From NCBI GenBank assembly GCA_038237625.1, contig JBBRYM010000009.1, positions 36,398 to 100,397 on the forward strand: 64,000 bases of DNA, written 5' to 3'. The notes below the pieces were generated by a model that did no database searches, was not told the DNA's origin, and worked only from the letters and a program-made list of their open reading frames with translations. Positions 16,687-25,202 of this stretch are shown one piece after another (position 1 is the first letter of the stretch; each line of letters begins with the position of its first letter). A program made the translations under genes and the position numbers. The DNA comes from Solirubrobacterales bacterium. GTDB lineage: Bacteria; Actinomycetota; Thermoleophilia; Solirubrobacterales; 70-9.

Positions 16687-17928
16687 ATGCCCAGTATGCG
16701 GACGAAGCGCCGGCGAGGTAGCGGGCCAGGCCTGATCCTCGCGATCGGTCTGGCGACGGCACTCGCCGCAGCCGCGCCCGCGGGCGCGGCGGTACGGGGG
16801 AATGACCCCCCGCGGGTGGTGACTTGGAGCGCGCCCGCCGTGTCTAAGAGCCGCTTCGTCGATCCCTCCAGCGCGCCCGCCGGCTACTACAACGAGCCTC
16901 CCGGGGTCGATCCTCGGCCGAACGCCCTGAAGGCCGACGTCTACCTGCCGGCGGGGTACCGCACCCACCGAAACCGCCGCTACCCGCTGCTGTTCCTGCT
17001 GCACGGCCACGGCGACGCCTACGACTCCTGGCCCAACCCGTCCAACGGCGACCTGTTGCGCACGGCGAGCGGCTTTCCCGGCGTGATCGTCATGCCTGAG
17101 GGCGACCACGGCTGGTTCACGAACTGGTGGAACGGCGGTGCACGCGGCGATCCGAGCTGGGAGCGTTACCACCTCGATCAGCTCCTGCCCTACGCGATGG
17201 ACCGCCTGCGGATAAAGCGCGGCCGCCGCTGGCACTCCATAGCCGGGCTCTCGATGGGCGGCGAGGGAGCGATGTACTACGCGACCCAGCGACCGGGGTT
17301 CTTCGGCTCGGCCGCGTCGTTCTCAGGTTCGCTTTCGCTGCTTCGGCCCGAGTGGCCCGCCGGCTTCAACACGCAGGGCGAAGACTTCGCCACCGTGTTC
17401 GGAGACCCGGGAGGCTTCTACGCGGTGGGCCACGACCCCACGAGCCTGATCGACAACCTGCGCTCGACCAGGATCTTCGTCTCCGTCGGCGACGGCGTGC
17501 CCAATCCAGCCAGCCTCGACGAGATCAAGAACACGTTCGGCAAGCTCGCGGAGGCGGAGCTTCGACAGCACGCGGGCGACTTCGTCCGCGCGGCACGAGG
17601 CGCGGGCGAGGACGTCACCTACACCCCGCACCAGGGAATCCACGCCTGGCCGTACTGGCGCGCGGACCTGGCCAATGCCATCGACTGGGGTCTCTTCCGC
17701 AAGCCGCCCGCGGTCCATCACCGCTGGAAGTACTCCACCGTTGCGACCGTTGGGAAGATGTGGAACATCGGGTTTCGGTTCACGAAGCCGCCGACCGCCC
17801 TCGAGACCTTCACGCGGAATGGTCCGAAGCTGAGCGGGGAGGGGACCGGCAAGGTGACGCTGCAGCTGCCGGGGGGCTGCCGGGTGACGCCCCGGCTACC
17901 GTTCACGGACCTCGTCGTGCCCTGCTAG
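16687..17928 (+). CDS. secreted alpha/beta hydrolase, esterase-D/antigen-85-like family
   Basis: The ATG at 16687 is preceded by the SD-like AGGACGAGGAGGG. Signal peptide: MPSMRTKRRRGSGPGLILAIGLATALAAAAPAGA. Also has YPLLFLLHGHGD and the nucleophile elbow GLSMGG. The upstream part of the track ORF is Arg/Pro junk. Confidence 0.75.
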   Translation: MPSMRTKRRRGSGPGLILAIGLATALAAAAPAGAAVRGNDPPRVVTWSAPAVSKSRFVDPSSAPAGYYNEPPGVDPRPNALKADVYLPAGYRTHRNRRYPLLFLLHGHGDAYDSWPNPSNGDLLRTASGFPGVIVMPEGDHGWFTNWWNGGARGDPSWERYHLDQLLPYAMDRLRIKRGRRWHSIAGLSMGGEGAMYYATQRPGFFGSAASFSGSLSLLRPEWPAGFNTQGEDFATVFGDPGGFYAVGHDPTSLIDNLRSTRIFVSVGDGVPNPASLDEIKNTFGKLAEAELRQHAGDFVRAARGAGEDVTYTPHQGIHAWPYWRADLANAIDWGLFRKPPAVHHRWKYSTVATVGKMWNIGFRFTKPPTALETFTRNGPKLSGEGTGKVTLQLPGGCRVTPRLPFTDLVVPC

Positions 17929-17978
17929 AGCCCGAGCTGCTTGCCGAGGATCTCCTTGATGAATTCCAAGCGCCGTGC

Positions 17979-18737
17979 TCAGTTCAGGCGCTCCACCTGG
18001 GAGCCGCCGACGATGGCGTCTTCTCCGCCTTCGAACCTGACCCAGGCCTTGTGCCCCCCGTCGTAGTCGGGAGCCCAGAGCACCAGCTGCGCTTGCGCGC
18101 CGTCCTCGCCACCCACGCGGCAGCGTCCCTCCGCCTCCGGGTCGAGCCCGCGCCAGATGCGGACAAAGGGGTTGGACTCCCACTCATGCGCGATCGTGCT
18201 CGGCTCCCGGTGTCCGGGATGCACCGCCGTCTCGCCGGGCAGGCTCATGAGCTTGTCCATGATCGAGGCACGCAGGTCGGCGAACCCGGTCGCGCCTGGA
18301 GCGCGGGTCCCGCCCACGGTTCCCTTGAAGAGCACGTCCGCCGTAAAGACGTCCGAGTCGCCGACCCGCAGGGCGAGGTGATCGGCGCAGTGCCCGGGGG
18401 TCTCGAGTGCGGTGATCCGAGTCTGCCCGGACTCCACCGTGTCGCCCTCGGCGAGGGTGCCGTCCAGGGGATCCATGATCAGGTCAGCCACCAGCGGATG
18501 CGCGAGAACTGGTGGGCTGCCGACCGCCTCGCGCAACTCGGCGAGCCCCACAACGTGGTCGTAGTGATGGTGCGTCAGCAGCACATGGGTGATGGTGATG
18601 TCTTCCGCGCGAACCCGTTCGATCAGCGGTCCCGTGACGTCGTTGGAATCGATGAGGACGCCGGCGCCGCCAGGCGCGTCGTATGCCAGGTAGGCGTTGG
18701 AGAGGAACTGCGGGTGCTCGGCGCGCTCGACGATCAC
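17979..18737 (-). CDS. MBL-fold metallo-hydrolase (glyoxalase II/YcbL-like)
   Basis: THHHYDH metal motif, TPGH, FKGTVGG, PGH. The GTG at 18737 overlaps the stop of the upstream small gene (GTGA). The longer track ORF is a 5' extension. Confidence 0.8.
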   Translation of the reverse strand: MIVERAEHPQFLSNAYLAYDAPGGAGVLIDSNDVTGPLIERVRAEDITITHVLLTHHHYDHVVGLAELREAVGSPPVLAHPLVADLIMDPLDGTLAEGDTVESGQTRITALETPGHCADHLALRVGDSDVFTADVLFKGTVGGTRAPGATGFADLRASIMDKLMSLPGETAVHPGHREPSTIAHEWESNPFVRIWRGLDPEAEGRCRVGGEDGAQAQLVLWAPDYDGGHKAWVRFEGGEDAIVGGSQVERLN

Positions 18738-19057
18738 GCTTCGGACCTTCGCAGATAGGCCGCGTTGGCCGTCCGTGCGCGCCACAGAAGGAGCGCATAG
18801 GCGATCACCAGGCCGATGACCCAGTCCACCTGGGAGTAGACCGTGAAGAAGATGATCGCGGCGACGACCGCCGCCAGAGCGAAGGTCGCCATGGCGCGGG
18901 TCCAAGACCATGTTCCAGGCGCCTCCTGGCTGAGGGCGGACCAGGCGCCACGATCGATCATCGCCCAGAGGCTGGACCCTGGAGCGAGCTCCTCGAGCTC
19001 TGCGCGCCGCGCCGGTCCCCGGTTCTCGAAGAGAGCCACGGAGGGCAAGTTATCCAT
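18734..19057 (-). CDS. small membrane protein, unknown function
   Basis: 107 aa from the ATG at 19057. It has two adjacent hydrophobic helices (ATFALAAVVAAIIFFTVY, VIGLVIAYALLLW) and is translationally coupled to the MBL gene. Confidence 0.5.
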   Translation of the reverse strand: MDNLPSVALFENRGPARRAELEELAPGSSLWAMIDRGAWSALSQEAPGTWSWTRAMATFALAAVVAAIIFFTVYSQVDWVIGLVIAYALLLWRARTANAAYLRRSEA

Positions 19058-19072
19058 CAATCCGGTCTCTTG

Positions 19073-19089
19073 ATACCCTCGGGGGGTAT
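19073..19089. promoter_or_regulatory. AT-flanked G/C-tract pseudo-palindrome ATACCC-TCGGG-GGGTAT (CsoR/RcnR/CstR-type operator-like)
   Basis: Sits in the 30-bp gap between the divergent starts at 19057 (-) and 19088 (+), and overlaps the permease ATG. Confidence 0.4.
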
Positions 19090-20206
19090 GGGCACGATCG
19101 CCGACGGCCTGAAGAACGCGGGGCTCATGGCGTGGGAGGTCTGGTGGGCGCTGGTCCTCGGCTTCGCCATCTCGGCCGTGGTCCAGGCCTGGGTCCCCCG
19201 CGCCCGCATCCAGCGGGCGCTATCGGGCAGCGGCCCTCGCCCGGTTGCGATCGCGACCGGCCTGGGGGCCGCCTCCTCCTCGTGCTCATACGCCGCGATC
19301 GCGATTGCCCGCTCGCTGTTCGCGAAAGGGGCCTCTGCCGCCAGCGCCCTGGCGTTTCAGTTCGCCTCGACCAACCTCGTGTGGGAGCTGGGCCTCGTGC
19401 TGTGGGTGTTGATCGGCTGGCAGTTCACCCTGGCCGAGTACGTGGGCGGGATCGTCCTGGTGGTCCTGATGGCGGCTCTCTTGCGGTTCTTTGTCTCGCC
19501 GGCCCTCGAGGCTCAGGCCCGCGAGCATGCCGTCGAAGCCGGCGACGCCGGCCACGACCACCACGGCCAGGGAGAGCAGGAGCCACAGGGGTGGGGCGAG
19601 CGCCTCTCGATGGAGAGCCTGGCCGCCGTCGCGGAAAATTTCCGCGTCGACTGGACGATGCTGTGGAAGGAGATCACCGTCGGGTTCGTTTTGGCCGGCT
19701 TTATCGGCCTGCTCGGCGACGACTTCTTCAACGGCGCATTCGTGACCAACGCGCCCGGCGCCGTTCAGACCCTCGAGAACGTGGTTGCGGGCCCGCTGAT
19801 CGCAATCGCGAGCTTTGTCTGCTCGGTCGGGAATGTCCCCCTGGCCGCGGTCCTGTGGTCAGGCGGGATCTCGTTTGCCGGCGTGATGGCGTTCATCTTC
19901 GCCGACCTCGTCGTGGTCCCCATCCTGATCGCCTACCGCAAGTACTACGGCACGCCCTTCGCCCTCCGGATCACCGCGCTGATGCTGGTGACGATGATCG
20001 TGGCGGCGCTGGTGGTCGACGCCATCTTCAGCTTGGCCGGCCTCATCCCGTCGGGCGCACGGCCGACCAGGGACGACGTCTTCGGCTCGATCCAGGTCGA
20101 CTACAAGCTCTTCCTCAATGTCGTTGGGACGATCGTGTTCATCGCTTTGATGGCGCTCACCCTCCGGCGCCCCGCGCACGCAAACGGTCATCACCACCAG
20201 GAGTAG
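19088..20206 (+). CDS. predicted permease (UPF0718/ArsP-like two-repeat permease) with His-rich segments
   Basis: 372 aa from the ATG at 19088. MGTIADGLKNAGLMAWEVWWALVLGFAISAVVQAWVP ... GAASSSCSYAAIAIA is typical of the PF03773-type permease. It has the His-rich loop HAVEAGDAGHDHHGQGE and the C-terminus HANGHHHQE. Confidence 0.8.
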   Translation: MGTIADGLKNAGLMAWEVWWALVLGFAISAVVQAWVPRARIQRALSGSGPRPVAIATGLGAASSSCSYAAIAIARSLFAKGASAASALAFQFASTNLVWELGLVLWVLIGWQFTLAEYVGGIVLVVLMAALLRFFVSPALEAQAREHAVEAGDAGHDHHGQGEQEPQGWGERLSMESLAAVAENFRVDWTMLWKEITVGFVLAGFIGLLGDDFFNGAFVTNAPGAVQTLENVVAGPLIAIASFVCSVGNVPLAAVLWSGGISFAGVMAFIFADLVVVPILIAYRKYYGTPFALRITALMLVTMIVAALVVDAIFSLAGLIPSGARPTRDDVFGSIQVDYKLFLNVVGTIVFIALMALTLRRPAHANGHHHQE

Positions 20207-20218
20207 CCTGCCGCCCAG

Positions 20219-21598
20219 ATGTCCGGCTCCACGGAATCGCGTGCGCCTGCCACCCCGGCCCCCCGAGATCCGGCCGGCCTGGAGGAAAACATCCATGAGG
20301 TCGGCGCCGCCCTCGCGGCGGGAATCGAGGCAAACCGGCACCGGGCCCGAGCGATCGACGAGCGCGCCATGAAGCTCGCCGCGGGCGACGACGAGTTGCG
20401 AGCCGCGCTGTTTCGCCTGGTCGACGTGACGCCGGCCTGCCGCAGCATGGACGACCTGGGCCGGCACCTCGCGGGCCTGCTCGGCTCGATGAGCGAGCGC
20501 CCGCCCAACGTTGCGGCCGCGATGCGCGCCGCGGACACAAAGGCGGGGCGCGTCGCGTTGGGGGCGGCCGTCACCGCCGCCGTGCGCCATATGGCCCATC
20601 GCTTCATCGCCGGCTCCACTCCCACCGAAGCGATGCGCGAGCTGGGCAAGCTCTGGGAACGCGGTATCGGCTCGACAGTGGACCTCCTGGGCGAGGCGAC
20701 CGTCACCGCGGCCGAGGCGGACGTCTATGCGGAGCGCTGCGCCGCCGCCCTGGACGACCTCGTCGCCGGCGCGGCTCGCTGGCCGGCCCGGCCCGCTCTC
20801 GAACAGGATTCGGCAGGCCTGATCCCGCGCGCGAACCTGTCGGTCAAGGTCTCGGCGCTCAGCCCGGTGGTGAATCCCGAAGCGCCGGCGCGAGGAGCCG
20901 AGGATGCGGCCACTCGGTTGCGGCCGCTCCTTCGCCGGGCTCGTGATGCGGGCGCGCACCTTCACGTCGACATGGAGTCGCTCGACTCGCGCGAGACCAC
21001 TCTGGAGCTCATCGGCGAGTTGCTGGCGGAGGGCGAGTTCGCCGATGGGCCTTCTGCGGGACTGGTGGTGCAGGCCTACCTGCGCGATTCCCCGGATGAG
21101 CTCGAGCGCGTGCTCGCCTGGCTGCAGCGCACGCCGAGAACGACTCCGCTGGTCGTCCGGCTGGTCAAGGGCGCGTACTGGGACCACGAGGCCGCCGAGG
21201 CGCGCCAGGTGGGCTGGGAGGTGCCCGTCTTCACCGAGCGCGCTGACTGCGACCGCAACTTCGAGGATTTGACGCGCCGGCTGATCGACGCCGGTCCCTC
21301 GGTGCGAGTCGCGATCGCCTCCCACAATCTCCGCTCGCTCGCCCACGCCGTTGCCTACGCCCGCGCTGCCGGGCGCGACGGCGATCTCGAGCTCCAGGTT
21401 CTGCGCGGCCTGGGCGACGAGCTGGCCGCGGCGATCGCCGGAATCGGGATCCGCGTTCGCGTCTACTCGCCGGTGGGCGAGCTGGTCGCCGGCATGGCCT
21501 ACCTCGTCCGCCGCCTGCTGGAGAACTCATCCAACGACTCGTTCCTTCGCGCCCAGGCCGGGGGCGCTCCACTGGGCGAGCTCCTCGCGGCCCCGTGA
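20219..21598 (+). CDS. proline dehydrogenase (monofunctional PutA-like)
   Basis: VDLLGEA, NLSVKVSAL, HLHVDMES, VVQAYLRDS, VRLVKGAYWD and IASHNLRS are typical ProDH barrel motifs. Confidence 0.85.
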   Translation: MSGSTESRAPATPAPRDPAGLEENIHEVGAALAAGIEANRHRARAIDERAMKLAAGDDELRAALFRLVDVTPACRSMDDLGRHLAGLLGSMSERPPNVAAAMRAADTKAGRVALGAAVTAAVRHMAHRFIAGSTPTEAMRELGKLWERGIGSTVDLLGEATVTAAEADVYAERCAAALDDLVAGAARWPARPALEQDSAGLIPRANLSVKVSALSPVVNPEAPARGAEDAATRLRPLLRRARDAGAHLHVDMESLDSRETTLELIGELLAEGEFADGPSAGLVVQAYLRDSPDELERVLAWLQRTPRTTPLVVRLVKGAYWDHEAAEARQVGWEVPVFTERADCDRNFEDLTRRLIDAGPSVRVAIASHNLRSLAHAVAYARAAGRDGDLELQVLRGLGDELAAAIAGIGIRVRVYSPVGELVAGMAYLVRRLLENSSNDSFLRAQAGGAPLGELLAAP

Positions 21599-23160
21599 GC
21601 ACCGCTCAGTTCGAAAACGAGCCCCTGCTCGAGCTGCGCCGCGAGAGCGAGCGGGTACGGCTCACACGCGCTCTCGCTGAGCTCGACGCCGAGCTCCCAC
21701 GCGCCGTTCCGGTGATGATCGCCGGCGAGCGCCGGGCGGGAACCGGCATCGACTCACCCGACCCCGGAGACCCCAAGCGTCTGGTAGCCGTCGCCGCTGT
21801 GGCGACGGACGCCGAGGCGCAGGTGGCTGTCGGCGCTGCGACAGAGGCCTCGGCGCGGTGGGCCCGCGTACCGGCAACACAACGAGCCGAAGCGTTGCTC
21901 GCTGCTGCGATGAAGCTGCGCGAGCGGCGTTTCGAGCTCGCCGCTCTCGAGGTCCGCGAGTGCGCGAAGCCATGGGCTGAGGCTGACGCCGATGTCTGCG
22001 AGGCGATCGACTTTCTTCGCTACTACGCCCTCGGTGCCGCCGAGCTGGCGAGCGGACGCCAGCTCGTGCAGGCGCCGGGCGAGCACAACTCGATGACCTA
22101 TGCGGCGCGGGGCGTCGTCGCCGTGATCGCTCCGTGGAATTTCCCGCTCGCCATCCCCGCGGGAATGACGGGGGCAGCGCTGGCGACCGGCAACGCCGTC
22201 GTCCTGAAGCCTGCCGAGCAGTCGCCTGCCTGCGCCCTTGCTCTCGTCGAGGCCCTTCACGACGGCGGCGTGCCGCCCGAGGCACTGACCCTGCTGCCGG
22301 GATACGGCGAAGCCGGCGCAGCGCTTGTCCGCGACCCGAGAGTGCACACGATCGCGTTCACCGGCTCCAGCCCGGTCGGCCTGGAGATAATCCGGACCGC
22401 CGCCGAGACCCCACCCGGGCAGAGCCACGTCAAGCGCGTGGTCGCCGAGATGGGCGGGAAGAACTGTGCCATCGTCGACGCCGACGCCGACCTCGACGAG
22501 GTTGTGCCGGCAATCGTCCAATCGGCCTTCGCGTATGCGGGACAGAAGTGCTCGGCCTGCTCGCGCGTGCTCGCGCACGAGGCCGTAGCGGCGAAGCTCG
22601 CGGAGCGCCTCGCCGGCGCGGTGGAGGCGCTCGCGGTGGGACAGGCCGAGACGTTCGGAGTCGACGTTCCGCCCGTGATCGAGCCCGCCGCCGCCGAGCG
22701 GATTCGCGGCTACGTCGATGAGGGCGAGCACTCGGGCCGGATCGCGGCGAGGGCGCTCGCCCGGCGCTCCAACCCGTGCGCCGTCGACGCCGTACTGCTC
22801 GCGGATCTCCCCGATGACTCGCGCATCCTCACCGAGGAGATCTTCGGCCCGGTGCTGAGCGTCGAGCCGGTGGCGAGCGTCGAGGCGGCATGCGAGATCG
22901 TCGAGAGCCTGCCGTTTGCCCTCACCGGGGGACTCTTCTCCAGGAACCCGGCCACGGTCGACGCGGTCGCGGCTCGGCTTCCGGTCGGAAACCTCTACGT
23001 CAACCGGCGGCTGACGGGCGCCGTCGTCGCGCGCCAGCCGTTCGGCGGCAACCGCCTCTCGGGAGTCGGCTCGAAGGCCGGCGGCCCCGACTACCTCCTC
23101 CAGTTCGTCGAGCCCCGCGTCGTCTCCGAGAACACGATGCGCCACGGTCTCGTCACTTAA
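21595..23160 (+). CDS. L-glutamate gamma-semialdehyde (P5C) dehydrogenase, aldehyde dehydrogenase superfamily
   Basis: ALDH motifs: ITPWNFP-like IAPWNFPLAI, FTGSSPVG, EMGGKNCAIV, and the catalytic Cys in GQKCSACSR. The GTG overlaps the ProDH stop (GTGA). Confidence 0.85.
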   Translation: MSTAQFENEPLLELRRESERVRLTRALAELDAELPRAVPVMIAGERRAGTGIDSPDPGDPKRLVAVAAVATDAEAQVAVGAATEASARWARVPATQRAEALLAAAMKLRERRFELAALEVRECAKPWAEADADVCEAIDFLRYYALGAAELASGRQLVQAPGEHNSMTYAARGVVAVIAPWNFPLAIPAGMTGAALATGNAVVLKPAEQSPACALALVEALHDGGVPPEALTLLPGYGEAGAALVRDPRVHTIAFTGSSPVGLEIIRTAAETPPGQSHVKRVVAEMGGKNCAIVDADADLDEVVPAIVQSAFAYAGQKCSACSRVLAHEAVAAKLAERLAGAVEALAVGQAETFGVDVPPVIEPAAAERIRGYVDEGEHSGRIAARALARRSNPCAVDAVLLADLPDDSRILTEEIFGPVLSVEPVASVEAACEIVESLPFALTGGLFSRNPATVDAVAARLPVGNLYVNRRLTGAVVARQPFGGNRLSGVGSKAGGPDYLLQFVEPRVVSENTMRHGLVT

Positions 23161-23296
23161 ACGGCCGAGCCGATCTGCTGCGGGTTCTCCCCAGGCCCAG
23201 CGCGTACATGCGCTTCGTGGCGAATCCTCAGCTCGACGAGCGCCGCACGCCTATGCCGCGCTCACGCTGATCCATGGCGCCCTGCTGGCGGGTTTA

Positions 23297-23560
23297 GTGA
23301 CGTGGCAAAAGCGCCGCGGCGACGATCTGCCGGAGCTCATCGGCGCCGGGGACCTCGCGTTGATATCGCTGGCGACGCAACGCACCAGTCGGACGATCTC
23401 CAAGGACAAGGTGACCGAGCCCTTCCGCGCCCCCTTCGTGGTGCCCGAGGGGACGGGGGACGGCGCCCCGGGCGAGATCGCCTCGCTGATGGCGGTGGTG
23501 GGCCTCGCCGATTTCCTGCAGATCGCCTACCGCGCGGCGAGCGACATGATGGAGTCCTGA
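23297..23560 (+). CDS. small DUF1360-like protein
   Basis: 87 aa with a GTG start directly after an in-frame TAG. LALISLATQRTSRTISKDKVTEPFRAPF resembles the DUF1360 core (LAT.RL.RLi..D.iT.P.R). The 3' end overlaps the convergent HAD gene by 34 nt. Confidence 0.4.
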   Translation: MTWQKRRGDDLPELIGAGDLALISLATQRTSRTISKDKVTEPFRAPFVVPEGTGDGAPGEIASLMAVVGLADFLQIAYRAASDMMES

Positions 23561-24204
23561 GCGCTCTCCCGCATCTCCTGCAGGAGCGCCGTAAGCGAGT
23601 CGAACACCGCCCGCGCTCCCGCCTCTCGCAGCTCGGTGCCCGAGTAGCCGCCGGTGAGAACCCCGACGCACGCGATCCCGGCGCGCCCCGCGGCCAGGGC
23701 ATCCCAGGTCGAGTCCCCGATCATCACCGCATGGCGTGTATTCACCTTCGCCAGGGCGGCCTCGACGAGGTCGGGAGCGGGCTTGGTCGTCTCGACGTCC
23801 CCTGACGTGGTCCAGGCGTCGACCACCTCGCGCGCTTCGAGCAAATCGATGTAGTGGTCCACCTCTTCGGGCTTTGCGGAGCTCGCGAGGATGACCGCTC
23901 GTCCCTGACCCTTCAGCTCGCCGATGAGCTCCTTAGCCCCTTCCAGGGGCGCGACCTCGTCAATGAGCTCGAAATACAGCTGCCCCTCGCACTCGCGGAT
24001 ATCGTCGCCACGATCGTGCTCGACCTCGTCGCCGGCGAGCGCGGCGATCATCCGGTCGCCGCCCATCCCGATGTGGCGATGAATCCGCCAGACCGGCACG
24101 ACGCAGTCGAACGCGCGAAGGGCCCGGTACCAGGCGATCGCGTGGTGGTAGTTCGAATCGACGAGCGTGCCGTCGATGTCCAGGATTACCGCCGGTCCGG
24201 TCAT
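23527..24204 (-). CDS. HAD-IA family hydrolase (phosphatase/beta-phosphoglucomutase-like)
   Basis: Motif I VILDIDGTLVDS, motif II ILASSA, and motif IV MIGDSTWD. Confidence 0.85.
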   Translation of the reverse strand: MTGPAVILDIDGTLVDSNYHHAIAWYRALRAFDCVVPVWRIHRHIGMGGDRMIAALAGDEVEHDRGDDIRECEGQLYFELIDEVAPLEGAKELIGELKGQGRAVILASSAKPEEVDHYIDLLEAREVVDAWTTSGDVETTKPAPDLVEAALAKVNTRHAVMIGDSTWDALAAGRAGIACVGVLTGGYSGTELREAGARAVFDSLTALLQEMRESAQDSIMSLAAR

Positions 24205-24213
24205 CCAGTCGGT

Positions 24214-24630
24214 CTAACCGGGAACCGCCGCGCCGCGCAGGGCCGGCAGGACATCGCTTCCGTACACCTCGATCGCACCGTGCGGATCGGCGCCCGAGTT
24301 GTTCGCCAGCATGAGCGTGGTCGCACCCAGCTTCTCGACTTCGCGGATGTGCTCGGCGTGCTCGGCGTGGTCGGCGTGGTCCGAGGAGATGATCGCCGAC
24401 TCCCTGAACTCATCGTCGGAGACCTGGCGCTCCCCCTCCTCGTACATCTCCTGTGGGCGGTGCCAATCGTCGCGGAAAAACTCCTGCGGCTGCGAGCCCT
24501 TCCAGGGCCTGATCCCCTCGAGCGCCGCGTCGTCGTCGGCCGCCCACGAGAACGACGTCTGCAACACGATCTCGCCCGGGTCGTGGCCCGCGTCCTCGGC
24601 GGCGCCGCGGCTCGCCGGTCGCCCGCTCAT
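24214..24630 (-). pseudogene. C-terminal remnant of an LLM-class F420-dependent (FGD-like) oxidoreductase
   Basis: Only the last 138 aa or so of a roughly 330-aa family are present (AEDAGHDPGEIVLQTSFSWAADDDAALEGIRPWKG ... AIISSD ... LGATTLMLANNSGADP ... VLPALR). Sequence upstream in all minus frames is Arg/Gly junk and non-coding-looking DNA. Confidence 0.55.
24349..24384 (-). repeat. 9-bp in-frame tandem repeat x4 (GTGCTCGGC/GTGGTCGGC)
   Basis: Encodes DHA-DHA-EHA-EHI inside the LLM remnant, at the position where related enzymes have a single D..EH..I segment. Confidence 0.85.
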
Positions 24631-24793
24631 GCCGGTGAGCCGGAGCTCCTGGGCCCAACCGCGGGGATCTTGGCCTTGAGGACCCGTGCCCCGTCGCCTG
24701 ACACCTGCGCTCCGTCGCCCATTGCGCCCCTGGAATTGCCCGGATTGAGGCAAGCTAAAACCGCCTGGGTCGCGCGCGGCGGAGCGCGTAGCT

Positions 24794-24860
24794 CGGGGCT
24801 CGAAACAAAGCCCCGAACGTCCCGCAGCCCGGCCTGTGAGCGGGCAGGAGGGACGTTCGG
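24794..24860. repeat. inverted-repeat element copy A (GAACGTCCC/GGGACGTTC family) preceded by a second hairpin
   Basis: Hairpin CGGGGCT-N8-AGCCCCG (24794-24815) is followed by CCGAACGTCCC (24813-24823), a 26-nt loop and GGGACGTTCGG (24850-24860). The arms are perfect 11-bp repeats. Confidence 0.7.
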
Positions 24861-25040
24861 CTTGGTGAGGGTTCCCGGCTAGCTCTTCTTGCCCCCGATC
24901 GCCGCCCCCCCGCGATCCCGCGCGCCGAGGCCCGGGCGGCGATCTACGTGGTTTGGGGCCGCGGATGGCCCGGGTACATCGTGGGCGGGCCGCATGGCCC
25001 CCAAGAAAGGAACGGAAGTGAGCAAGGAAAGGAGACAAGG

Positions 25041-25178
25041 ATGCTCTGGCTGATACTGGGCGTGATCCTGCTCGCAATTGCCATCGCGGGCGGAGCGATC
25101 GTTCATCCGATCATCTTCGTGCTCGCACTCGTCGCGCTCTGGATGTTCTTCAGCGGCTGGCGCGGCCGCACGATCTAG
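25041..25178 (+). CDS. 45-aa hydrophobic small protein
   Basis: The ATG is preceded by the strong purine-rich SD GGAAAGGAGACAAGG. MLWLILGVILLAIAIAGGAIVHPIIFVLALVALWMFFSGWRGRTI forms two TM helices. It lies 24 nt upstream of the YihY gene. Confidence 0.5.
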   Translation: MLWLILGVILLAIAIAGGAIVHPIIFVLALVALWMFFSGWRGRTI

Positions 25179-25202
25179 GCGCGGAAACGCGGGAACGGCG
25201 CG

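Noticed and set aside
24761-24769. CCGCCTGGG string resembling the conserved 3' box of the ZTP (pfl) riboswitch, upstream of the small TM peptide/YihY operon.
   Set aside because: I could not find the 5' sub-domain (GGGTCGTGAC..TGGCG-like). The downstream genes are unrelated to purine or folate metabolism. A 9-nt GC-rich match is expected by chance.
24813-24860. Reading the GAAC...GTTC parts of the inverted repeats as a LexA (Cheo-box) site, or GTCCC/GGGAC as DosR-type half sites.
   Set aside because: The Gram-positive SOS box is GAAC-N4-GTTC and the DosR box has GGGAC-N4-GTCC. Here the halves are 26 nt apart and in the opposite relative orientation.
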